From an uncultured Gammaproteobacteria bacterium (lineage in GTDB: Bacteria; Patescibacteriota; Patescibacteriia; SBBC01; CAIJZX01), in NCBI GenBank assembly GCA_964383765.1, contig CAYLHT010000001.1:100998-164997 (forward strand): 64,000 bases of DNA, read 5' to 3'. Numbering within the stretch: the first letter of the stretch is position 1; every line of letters begins with the position of its first letter. Both the position numbers and the translations under genes were made by a program. The notes under the pieces were generated by a model that ran no database searches, was not told the origin of the DNA, and was given only the letters and a program-made list of their open reading frames with translations. Shown one piece after another: positions 37,444 to 45,539 of this stretch.

Positions 37444-37784
37444 TGGACGAATCCTTACTGCAGAAGCATTGTCGACCGTGCCAGGGCCAAGAGCCAACGT
37501 TGACGTCAGAAGAAATAGCGCGGCTCAAACCGCAAGTCCCAGGTTGGTACGTCACCACGGTCGATGGGCACCCGCTGCTTAGTCGAGCCTTCAGGTTCAA
37601 GGACTTTGTCGGTTCGATTGACTTTGTGAATCAGGTTAAAGCCGTGGCTGAGCAGGAAGGGCATCACCCGGACGTGCATATCCACTGGAACATTGTGCGC
37701 TTGGAGAATTGGACGCATGCGATTGGCGGGTTACACCAAAACGATTTTATTTTGGCTGCGAAAATCAACCAGCTGGTGACATAG
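37444..37784 (+). CDS. Pterin-4a-carbinolamine dehydratase
   Basis: EGHHPDVHIHWNIVRLENWTH matches the PCD signature. The start MDESLLQKH lies immediately after the upstream stop. Confidence 0.8.
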
Positions 37785-37981
37785 CACCCACGCGAAAGTA
37801 GAAATCCCAAATTTTTTGGGAGCGGCGAACATGGATGTTTTGAGAAAATTCAATTTTTTTGGTCCCCGGCCTCAGTATTGACTTTCTTGCGAAAATCTGA
37901 TATCCTTTTCCGTTTGGCAGAGTAAAGCTCAACGGTAGCACATTCCACAACCCGAAGACTCGAAAGGAGTCTAGACTGGTC

Positions 37982-38875
37982 ATGATCGACCAACTGATGA
38001 GAGTCGGTGATGGAGTCGAGATCACGATCCCGCAGGAGAGTCGGGAATGGGGTTACAATCCCTGCCCCGATGGCACTCAGGCGACGATCCTTGGCTTTTC
38101 CGAGATCCACTACGGTCGGCTCGGCAACTTCGGCTTTAAGCCGGGAGTCTACGTCAACCGCGCGTGGGTTACGGTCCGGCTTCCGAACGGCCAGGAGTAC
38201 TCGGAGTTCAGCGATCGTCTCGAGCTGACCGACAAGGACGAACACGCGCGTCGTCTCGCGGCCTTTCGCAAGCTCCAGCAGGAGCAGCCGGACAACTGGT
38301 ACAGCAAGGAATTCCTTCGGGATCTCCCCGAGACGCCTTTTTGGGAGGGCGACTTCGTTCGCGTCCGTGGCCATGCCGGAGTCATGAGCGTGTACAGCGA
38401 GATGCCGCCCGATCGCGACCCCGAGGTCTTCCAGATCATCGGGATCGACTACCACTACCTCACCGAACGGACGCAGATCGGGACTATGTACCCCGCGTAC
38501 AAGATCTCGAGCAAGCTCGGCGCAGGGTGGCACACGTCGGCGAGTGAGGTCGACATGGTGCTCGTCGAGCGCGGCCCCGTCTGGAAGTTCTACCATGACG
38601 AGCGGCTCGAGTTCGGCGACCTTAAGGAGGAAGCACAGTTCTTCGAATCACTCGGTCACACGGAGGAAGTTCGCAATCCCGCGAACAACCTCTACAGTTG
38701 GACAAAGGACGAAGTGCTCGAGGCTATCAAGAGCGGCCTCGTCCATGGTTTCTCGGTGTCGAGCGGCTTCTTCGGTGGCGAACCCTCGATCAGCGCCAGG
38801 CGCTTCAAGAATGAAGATCTTGGCCGGCGCGTCGCGCGGGCCACGCTGGAGGGGTTCGGACTGACTCCGGCCTGA
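37982..38875 (+). CDS. Hypothetical protein, strongly GC-rich relative to neighbours
   Basis: 297 aa with an AAAGGAG RBS. The antisense ORF 37850-38596 has the L/R/V/A/D-rich composition typical of a shadow frame. Confidence 0.55.
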   Translation: MIDQLMRVGDGVEITIPQESREWGYNPCPDGTQATILGFSEIHYGRLGNFGFKPGVYVNRAWVTVRLPNGQEYSEFSDRLELTDKDEHARRLAAFRKLQQEQPDNWYSKEFLRDLPETPFWEGDFVRVRGHAGVMSVYSEMPPDRDPEVFQIIGIDYHYLTERTQIGTMYPAYKISSKLGAGWHTSASEVDMVLVERGPVWKFYHDERLEFGDLKEEAQFFESLGHTEEVRNPANNLYSWTKDEVLEAIKSGLVHGFSVSSGFFGGEPSISARRFKNEDLGRRVARATLEGFGLTPA

Positions 38876-39099
38876 GGCGCAATTCTTGGGTGTTGATGGT
38901 TTAGGCGCACGACCTTCGGGTACGGCGCCTTTTTCTATGTGTTTGCTCGAATGTGAACGACTAGAATCTTCGTGCATTTGTTACGCTATTGCTAAAAAAG
39001 CTGACAACACAGCAATCAAAATAGGGAAGACATAAGCGTTCGCGCCCAGCCCGGGGCGGTGCTATACTATCTACAGTAATTTTTAATACACGCAAGCAT

Positions 39100-39534
39100 A
39101 TGACAACCGCAGAAAAACGGGCGCGACTGGATCAAAACCAGACTGCCAAAATTATTTGGGTGGTGTTGATTGTTTTGCAAGCGATCGGCGCGTTACTCGT
39201 CGTGATCGCGCTTTTGGCGCTGACCGTGCTCGCCGGAGTGCTGGGCGGGGCGCATGGCGGGATCTTGGCCGGCATTGCAGTGACGGTTGCCATCTTAGGG
39301 CTTGGCCTGACGGCGCTGATCTTTATTGGGTTACTGCGCTTAGAAAAATGGGTGGTCTGGTTGATGTGGGTCAACGTCGCGTTATCGTTGCCAGCCATCT
39401 TCAGTAGCAGTCGAAGCTTTTTCCAAAGCTTGTTACCAATTTTGGTTGCTGTTGGCTATACGTACGTTCTGCGCCAGGTCTACCCGAAAACTCCGGCTGC
39501 CCCGATGCCGACACCAACGACGCCAACTGTGTAA
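39100..39534 (+). CDS. Hypothetical membrane protein
   Basis: 144 aa with 3-4 TM helices and a Pro/Thr-rich C-terminus. Confidence 0.5.
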   Translation: MTTAEKRARLDQNQTAKIIWVVLIVLQAIGALLVVIALLALTVLAGVLGGAHGGILAGIAVTVAILGLGLTALIFIGLLRLEKWVVWLMWVNVALSLPAIFSSSRSFFQSLLPILVAVGYTYVLRQVYPKTPAAPMPTPTTPTV

Positions 39535-39588
39535 GCTGAAATCCGGACAAAAAACACCGCCGGAGCAAATCGGTGGTGTTTTTTACTT

Positions 39589-40125
39589 TTAGATATGGCC
39601 GTCCATTTTGACGTCGCCTTCTTTGGGACGCCGAATTTCAATATCGTGAGTAAAAATTTCAGCTAAGCGATTATTCCAGTCTGCGTTTTGCTCATATTCA
39701 TCTACAACCAGGCCAGCCTTACGAAGGTAATCGACACAGTCAGCATTTCGATAGACCTTACCGTAAACGACTCGCACAATCCCAGCGGCCACAATATATT
39801 TTGCGCAGTGAATGCAAAACGTGTATTTGGTGTACATCGTCGCACCTTCAGTTGAAGCGCCAGGCATAGTGGCGGCTTGTAGAATCGCATTGTGTTCGCC
39901 ATGAATTGTGCGGACGCAGTGCCCTTCTTCCATTAAGTGTCCAACTTCATCGCAATGTGGTAATCCGGGCGGCGATCCGTTGTACCCAGTGGAGATAATC
40001 CGCTTGTTTTTGACCAGCACCGCTCCAGCTTCAAGCCGGTCACACGTACTGCGCGTGGCCACAATTCGGGCGATGGCCATGAAATAATCGTCCCAAGATG
40101 GTCGGGTGTGGCGGGTCTCAGGCAT
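39589..40125 (-). CDS. dCMP deaminase (cytidine/deoxycytidylate deaminase zinc-binding family, ComEB-like)
   Basis: 178 aa with HGEHNAILQAA and the PC..C motif (TFCIHCAKYI). Confidence 0.85.
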   Translation of the reverse strand: MPETRHTRPSWDDYFMAIARIVATRSTCDRLEAGAVLVKNKRIISTGYNGSPPGLPHCDEVGHLMEEGHCVRTIHGEHNAILQAATMPGASTEGATMYTKYTFCIHCAKYIVAAGIVRVVYGKVYRNADCVDYLRKAGLVVDEYEQNADWNNRLAEIFTHDIEIRRPKEGDVKMDGHI

Positions 40126-40210
40126 AGGTAGGTTGTTTCAAATGTGGAAATTCGTTATACTCAGCGCTCGCAGCATAGCATGCCAGAATTCGATTCTCAA
40201 TCCTGTCTTC

Positions 40211-40879
40211 ATGTCTGTCACTGATATTTTGCTTCACCCAGCTTCCAGCCTCGGTTCGCTCGGTCAGCTGACCGCCTACATTGTCGTCACGGCAATCATT
40301 TTCGCCGAGTGCGGATTGCTCATCGGCTTTTTCTTACCCGGTGATAGTTTGCTGTTTGCGGCCGGAGTCTTAGCCGCCGAAGGAACGTTCAGTCTGGGCC
40401 TGATTATGATCCTACTGCTGGTGGCCGCGATCGCCGGTGTCAGCGTCGGTTACGCGTTTGGTCGGCGCTGGGGTCGAAAACTCTTCAACCGACCGGACTC
40501 ACGGTTTTTCAAGCATGAAAATTTGCAGCGGGCCGAAGAGTTTTATCACCGCCACGGCGGGAAAACCATCATCCTGGCTCGGTTCATTCCAATCATCCGG
40601 ACCTTTGCACCGATCGTGGCTGGAATTGGACAGATGTCGTACTCGAAATTGGTGCTTTATAATGTGATCGGCGGAGTCATCTGGGTCGGCGGGTTGGTTG
40701 GCGGCGGATATTGGCTGGGGCACCGCATTAAAAACATCGATCATTACCTCTTGCCCTTGATCGCGGTGATTATTGTGTTGTCAATCCTACCAGGCATCAT
40801 TCACATGCTGCGCGCGCCGGAACGTCGGCGTTCGGTGTGGAGTGTGATGATAGGAATGTTCCGCCGCCGCGTCGACTAA
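40211..40879 (+). CDS. DedA family membrane protein
   Basis: FLPGDSLLFAAGVLAA and ILARFIPIIRTFAPIVAGIGQMSY are DedA signatures. The start is chosen to avoid overlap with the divergent gene. Confidence 0.75.
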   Translation: MSVTDILLHPASSLGSLGQLTAYIVVTAIIFAECGLLIGFFLPGDSLLFAAGVLAAEGTFSLGLIMILLLVAAIAGVSVGYAFGRRWGRKLFNRPDSRFFKHENLQRAEEFYHRHGGKTIILARFIPIIRTFAPIVAGIGQMSYSKLVLYNVIGGVIWVGGLVGGGYWLGHRIKNIDHYLLPLIAVIIVLSILPGIIHMLRAPERRRSVWSVMIGMFRRRVD

Positions 40880-40890
40880 CTGGCATTGAC

Positions 40891-40932
40891 CCAGTCCCAG
40901 TTTTTGTTATAACAAAAACTGGGACTGGGTTG
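40891..40932. repeat. Perfect 20-bp-stem hairpin ACCCAGTCCCAGTTTTTGTT-AT-AACAAAAACTGGGACTGGGT
   Basis: An exact inverted repeat immediately downstream of dedA; a likely transcription terminator. Confidence 0.5.
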
Positions 40933-41018
40933 ACACAACTCTCAATCCATGTTAAGTCTGGGCCGGAAGTTACGTTTCTCGCTCTTCACATCCTGGCCTC
41001 GACCTGGAGGATTGACGA

Positions 41019-41621
41019 ATGCGTCGACTGATGATGGCGGTCCTGCTCGTGGTCGGGGGTTGCGCACCCCATTCGGTGGCCTGGCCGCCGCAGTCTATTC
41101 AGCTAGTAACCCCAACTGACACAAGCCAAGTAGTCTGGGACGTGAGTATCGACTCGACTCGGACTGAGGCTGAGTCACCGGAATCGATGGATTCAGATCA
41201 GCCCCAAACGGGAGTCTGGACCACGCCGGCGCCGAGTACACTGGAGTTACGGATGATGTCGCCGAACGACATTCCCTACCGGGTGGTCGAACGGCGTTGG
41301 GTCTGGTTGACCGTTTACAATTCCGATCCGAAGCAGACGGATGACACGCCCTGGACCGGAGCGTCGGGTCGACTGATGATTCCAAACGACGCGGCGAGTA
41401 ATGGTTTGCCGATCGGTACCCGTTTCCGAATCCCGGCCATCTTCGGCCAGCAACCCATCACCGTCGAAGACCGGATGAAGCAGGACAAGGGCCCGAACGC
41501 GCTCGACTACTGGACATACCATATCCGCGACGCCTATGAGTTGAGTCGCAAGTATGATCTGAAGCATAAGCCAGTCTTGATCGAGATTCTGGGCGCACCG
41601 AGTACAACCGCTCCACGCTAG
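41019..41621 (+). CDS. 3D-domain (MltA/YuiC-like double-psi beta-barrel) lipoprotein
   Basis: A lipobox (VVGGC) and the 3D-domain pattern YNSDPKQTDDTPWTGASG...VEDRM...DYW. Confidence 0.65.
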   Translation: MRRLMMAVLLVVGGCAPHSVAWPPQSIQLVTPTDTSQVVWDVSIDSTRTEAESPESMDSDQPQTGVWTTPAPSTLELRMMSPNDIPYRVVERRWVWLTVYNSDPKQTDDTPWTGASGRLMIPNDAASNGLPIGTRFRIPAIFGQQPITVEDRMKQDKGPNALDYWTYHIRDAYELSRKYDLKHKPVLIEILGAPSTTAPR

Positions 41622-41622
41622 T

Positions 41623-41650
41623 CCCGGCAGCTTGCTGACCGGGATTTTTC
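41623..41650 (+). terminator. Rho-independent terminator
   Basis: Stem CCCGGCAG/CTGACCGGG followed by ATTTTTCTT. Confidence 0.5.
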
Positions 41651-41856
41651 TTGGGCTTAAAATGCCAGTAAATAAGGGCCTTTTTCGTCATTTTGAGGCC
41701 ACGGGACTTGACAAAATCCTATAATCTGTTACCCTGTCTCGTTCCCAGCCGCCCTACGTCGTCAGTAGGGTGTTTCGTTTTCGGCTGACCGGCTGGGCGG
41801 TCACCCCGTAGCCCTTCGACAATTCCGCGCTACGTTTCACCATTCACCTTTGGTGC

Positions 41857-42348
41857 ATGATTCGTCGGAAACACCGCGAGCAACTTCGCCATGTCCTCGG
41901 ACTGGCCGCGCTTGCTCTGCTCGTCAATCTGACCCTTCCCAACACCAAACCAGTCAACGCGCAACCAACTCCAGTTGATCAACCGGCCGTGACGTCAGTG
42001 GCCACCCAGGTCTTACCGTCACTACCATCGGTTGGAGATAAGCCGGTCAAAGTCACCAAGACCTTGACGGTCCGGGCAAGTGCCTACACCTCGTCTCGAG
42101 CCGAAACGGACAGTGATCCGTTTACTACGGCCTCGGGCACGAAGGTCCGCGACGGCATTATCGCCGCTAACGGACTACCGTTCGGCACCAAAGTCCGGAT
42201 TCCCCAAATTGACCATGACAAGATTTTCGTGGTCCAGGATCGGATGAACGCCCGCTGGGGTAATCGCAAAATCGATATTTGGATGACTCATCGCGCCGAT
42301 GCCCTCAATTGGGGCGTTCGGACGGTCACTCTGGAAATCGTTTCGTAA
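41857..42348 (+). CDS. 3D-domain protein (paralogue)
   Basis: 163 aa with AYTSSRAETDSDPFTTASG...VQDRM...DIWM. A 150-nt leader with a -10 TATAAT lies upstream. Confidence 0.65.
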   Translation: MIRRKHREQLRHVLGLAALALLVNLTLPNTKPVNAQPTPVDQPAVTSVATQVLPSLPSVGDKPVKVTKTLTVRASAYTSSRAETDSDPFTTASGTKVRDGIIAANGLPFGTKVRIPQIDHDKIFVVQDRMNARWGNRKIDIWMTHRADALNWGVRTVTLEIVS

Positions 42349-42361
42349 CAAACAAGCATGG

Positions 42362-42391
42362 TCCAGCCCCAGTCACCTGACTGGGGCTGGA
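42362..42391. repeat. Perfect 14-bp inverted repeat TCCAGCCCCAGTCA-CC-TGACTGGGGCTGGA; terminator-like hairpin sharing 10-bp outer arms with the tRNA-Ala(CGC)-enclosing repeat
   Basis: Exact reverse-complement arms. The outer 10 bp (TCCAGCCCCA/TGGGGCTGGA) are identical to those at 10746-10755/10844-10853. Confidence 0.6.
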
Positions 42392-42442
42392 TTCATATTG
42401 AAAAAAAATATCATTCGTGCTACAGTTCCGTCCGCCTTGCGC

Positions 42443-42517
42443 GGCCACGTAGCCAAGTGGTAAGGCACGGGTCTGCAAAACCTGTATTCGGCGGTTCGAT
42501 TCCGCCCGTGGCCTCCA
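42443..42517 (+). tRNA. tRNA-Cys (anticodon GCA)
   Basis: Acceptor GGCCACG/CGTGGCC, discriminator U, anticodon loop CTGCAAA, T-arm GGCGG-TTCGATT-CCGCC, CCA encoded. A promoter TTGAAA-16-TACAGT lies upstream. Confidence 0.8.
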
Positions 42518-42533
42518 GAAGAAAATAACACAT

Positions 42534-42608
42534 GCGGGTGTAGTTCAGTGGTAGAACGCTTCCTTGCCAAGGAAGAGGTCGCCGGTTCGATCCCGGTCGC
42601 CCGCTCCA
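42534..42608 (+). tRNA. tRNA-Gly (anticodon GCC)
   Basis: Acceptor GCGGGTG/CGCCCGC, anticodon stem CTTCC/GGAAG with loop TTGCCAA, T-loop TTCGATC, discriminator U, CCA encoded. Confidence 0.85.
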
Positions 42609-42615
42609 ATCAGAA

Positions 42616-43167
42616 TTGAAAATAATGCTGAAACGCGAAAGTAATAAAAAATCATCACGCACAGCCCCATCAGACCAAAGCCGAGTTGCGTTTTTGGGTG
42701 ATGTTTTGGGTGGAGCGAGAACGAACGCCCACCAGATGGACCAGCAAATAAATATCCTGATTGGCGTGAACACGGCAATATTTCTCTATGCTGCTGGGCA
42801 ACTGTTGGTCAGACAAAGTTTAGCATTTCTTATTCTGGCGCTATCTTCCGCTATTTCCATTCTCATTGGATTGCTTGGCGTTCATCCTCCACGGCGATGG
42901 AGAAAGCAGGGACAACAAGAAAGTTTGTTGTATGCTTCAAGAATTTTTAATGCCAAGAACAGTTTACAGTATGCAAAAGAGTTAACCGCAGTCACCAAAC
43001 GTCTTGACTCAATTGAACAACAGTATGCAATTGAAACCTACAACATCAATCGATTTTACTATCGTCCAAAAAAAGAATTGTTCCACTTGGCTCGGCAGAT
43101 ACTTATCATCGGTGTGGTAGCATCAACTTTAGTCGTCATCGCGGAAACGTTTATACATTTAGTGTGA
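42616..43167 (+). CDS. Hypothetical 3-TM membrane protein in a low-GC islet between tRNA genes
   Basis: 183 aa with a soluble 35-aa N-terminus, two adjacent TM helices, a helical region and a C-terminal TM helix. It is markedly AT-richer than the flanks. Confidence 0.5.
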   Translation: MKIMLKRESNKKSSRTAPSDQSRVAFLGDVLGGARTNAHQMDQQINILIGVNTAIFLYAAGQLLVRQSLAFLILALSSAISILIGLLGVHPPRRWRKQGQQESLLYASRIFNAKNSLQYAKELTAVTKRLDSIEQQYAIETYNINRFYYRPKKELFHLARQILIIGVVASTLVVIAETFIHLV

Positions 43168-43220
43168 TCAAAGGATTGCCGGAATCACAACTTTTGTTTA
43201 TACTGCAGCCGTAAAAACTT

Positions 43221-43306
43221 GCCGGAGTGGCGGAATGGTATACGCAAGGGACTTAAAATCCCTCGCCCGCAAGGGATTGAGAGTTCGATTCTCTCCTCCG
43301 GCACCA
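43221..43306 (+). tRNA. tRNA-Leu (anticodon TAA)
   Basis: Acceptor GCCGGAG/CTCCGGC, anticodon stem AGGGA/TCCCT with loop CTTAAAA, a long variable arm, T-loop TTCGATT, CCA encoded. Confidence 0.85.
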
Positions 43307-43323
43307 CAACTAACCCTTGAGAT

Positions 43324-43722
43324 TCAACGCTTAGGCGCGAATCCCTGGAGCTCGGCCGTGATCATACTGACGACCTTTTCAAGTTTGGTCAGGGCTTTGG
43401 TGTAGTACTGATTGATCCCAAGCTTAATGTACTTATTCACGACCTCGGGGTTAATTGAGTTGGTGACGAGGTAGACCGGAATGGATTTCAAGTTCTCCTC
43501 TTTACGCATGGCGGTGACCAGCTCATCCCCGGTCTTGCCGGGTAAGTAATGGTCGAGCCAGACGGCGTCAACCGGACCAATGTCGTGGAGGTAATCCCAA
43601 GCTTGGTCGACGGTCCGAGCCGTCAAGACTTTAAACCCAACATTGGTCAGTTTGATTTTGATGGCTTCAGCCAGCAATTCCTCATCTTCAACCACGAGGA
43701 TGGAGTGAGTAGTAGGACTCAT
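43324..43722 (-). CDS. Response regulator, stand-alone receiver domain
   Basis: 132 aa with ILVVEDEELL...VWLDHYLPGKTG...K. Confidence 0.85.
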   Translation of the reverse strand: MSPTTHSILVVEDEELLAEAIKIKLTNVGFKVLTARTVDQAWDYLHDIGPVDAVWLDHYLPGKTGDELVTAMRKEENLKSIPVYLVTNSINPEVVNKYIKLGINQYYTKALTKLEKVVSMITAELQGFAPKR

Positions 43723-43740
43723 ATGGAAAGTATAGCGAGT

Positions 43741-45426
43741 TTAGGCGGCTGAAGCCAGTTGCCGGGTACCGGCTTTTGGTCGCATGCCTGATAGCGGGAA
43801 CCGCATAGTAAAGGTTGTACCACGTTTTTCAATTGAACTGAATTGAATCGATCCGCCGGTGGCGTCGGCAATGGCTTTCACAATAAATAAGCCTAATCCG
43901 TTCCCATTTGGTACCTCAAGCTGGGCGTTTGTCGCCCGAAAGAATTTTCCGAATATTTTTTCCCGATCAGCCGCTGGAATACCAATCCCGGTATCCGTGA
44001 CGTCGAGTTTCAACCAACGGCCATCGCGCTGGAGCGCTATCTTGATCCGGCCGGTTGGTGGTGTATAGCGCAGGGCGTTGGTCAGGAGGTTTTGGAGCAC
44101 GATTCGAAAGAGGTTGGGATCGAGTTTGACCGACGGCAAGCCGGACTCCATCGTCACCGTCATCTTTGCTCGCCCTGGGTGAGCGGCGCCGACTTCCTGC
44201 ATCAACTGTTTCGTGAGTTGACCGACTTGGGTGGGGACTGGCAGGATCGCGAAGGTTCCTAAGTCGATCCGTGAAACATCCAGCAATGCGTTGACGAGCG
44301 AGACCATCTCTTGGTTGGCTTGTTCGATCCGGCTGAGTAAATGTTGTTGTTTGAGCGGGAGCTTGCCGCTGGCCGGATCATGCATCAACTCACCAAACCA
44401 GCCGATCGCCGAAAGCGGGGTCGTTAATTGGTGCGAAGCCAGAGATACGAATTCGGTCTTGGCGCGGTCGATCGAGACGCGTTCGGTGATATCTTGTTGT
44501 AGTTGTACAAAGAACAGATTTCGGTCGGCCGACCGAATGGCAAAAAAATGGACTTGGGCGTTATACTCCCGGCCGTCTTTGCGGCGATTGATAAATGCTT
44601 CGGAAGAAAATGGTCGGCCGGCATTTAAGGCTTTCCACATTTTCTGATATTCCGACGTCGGCGTCTTTCCGCTCTTGATTATTCGAGGGTTCTTCCCCAC
44701 CACGTCCTCGGATCGGTACCCCGTCAGTTTTTCCCAGGCCCGGTTGACGTACACAATGTTGGCATGGTGATCAGTCATGACCACGCCATCGGTCGCTTGG
44801 TCAGCTACCAATTTAAACTTTTCTAACTCATGCTCTTGGCGCTGCAACTCACTTTCGTACCGTTCCGTAATTAGTTCAAACAGTAGAATCATTACGCCCA
44901 CCGTGATCACCCCCACCAAAATTTGATTGAGTTCTTGGCTGGTGTAGGCGGTGTGAACGAGATTCGCACCTTGAAGAATATTGAGAAAACCAATTTCGAA
45001 CACGACCGCCACCATCCAAACCGCACCCCGGCTAGCACCATCGAGAAAAAAGGCCAAGATGGGAATGGTAAAGACCCACAAAAACCCTGTGCCCACGAGT
45101 CCGCCGGAGGTGAAGAGATACCCGGTCAGGACCAACATCGCGATCAGCACGATGCCAGTCGCGACCGACAATCGACCATGTCGTCGCAGGGCTAAAACAT
45201 TACTCAGCGCCAAGAGGCCGAAGAGAAAATCGACAGCGGCGTGTTGAAAGACGCCCTGGATAAGGTAGAACCAGCCATAGGCAATCACGATCGACGATCC
45301 GATCAACGAAAAACCATAGGTAAACGCCAGTTGACGGGTGCGCCGATCAGTGAAATTCAAATCCGGGCCGACGCCTAAGCGTTTAGCGATCAGTTGGCGA
45401 ATCGATAACTTCAGAAATGGTTGCAT
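43741..45426 (-). CDS. Sensor histidine kinase (polytopic N-terminus, PAS, HisKA, HATPase_c)
   Basis: 561 aa with the H-box SHQLTTPLS and ATPase G-boxes. A paralogue of the 31863 kinase. Confidence 0.85.
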   Translation of the reverse strand: MQPFLKLSIRQLIAKRLGVGPDLNFTDRRTRQLAFTYGFSLIGSSIVIAYGWFYLIQGVFQHAAVDFLFGLLALSNVLALRRHGRLSVATGIVLIAMLVLTGYLFTSGGLVGTGFLWVFTIPILAFFLDGASRGAVWMVAVVFEIGFLNILQGANLVHTAYTSQELNQILVGVITVGVMILLFELITERYESELQRQEHELEKFKLVADQATDGVVMTDHHANIVYVNRAWEKLTGYRSEDVVGKNPRIIKSGKTPTSEYQKMWKALNAGRPFSSEAFINRRKDGREYNAQVHFFAIRSADRNLFFVQLQQDITERVSIDRAKTEFVSLASHQLTTPLSAIGWFGELMHDPASGKLPLKQQHLLSRIEQANQEMVSLVNALLDVSRIDLGTFAILPVPTQVGQLTKQLMQEVGAAHPGRAKMTVTMESGLPSVKLDPNLFRIVLQNLLTNALRYTPPTGRIKIALQRDGRWLKLDVTDTGIGIPAADREKIFGKFFRATNAQLEVPNGNGLGLFIVKAIADATGGSIQFSSIEKRGTTFTMRFPLSGMRPKAGTRQLASAA

Positions 45427-45539
45427 GTTAGAACTTGGTGTTGGATGTTTCGAAATCGTACTGGCGTGTCAACTGTACACGATTAGTATACACTGCCGCG
45501 GTTGGAAGAAACAACTATGTTGACTCAGGTTCAAGCCTC

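Noticed and set aside
37850-38596. Minus-strand 248-aa ORF
   Set aside because: It is antisense to the GC-rich gene 37982-38875. Its L/R/V/A/D-rich composition is typical of a shadow ORF, and the plus gene has an RBS and normal composition.
41709-41726. TTGACA...TATAAT sigma-70 promoter
   Set aside because: The spacer between the hexamers is only 6 nt. TATAAT is probably used with a different or weak -35.
41700-41856. ydaO-type c-di-AMP riboswitch
   Set aside because: The gene context fits, but I could not find the conserved AAUC/ACGGGG-type segments by eye. It is kept only as a generic structured-leader candidate.
42373-42778. Three minus-strand ORFs (78-117 aa)
   Set aside because: They overlap the tRNA-Cys and tRNA-Gly genes and are spurious.
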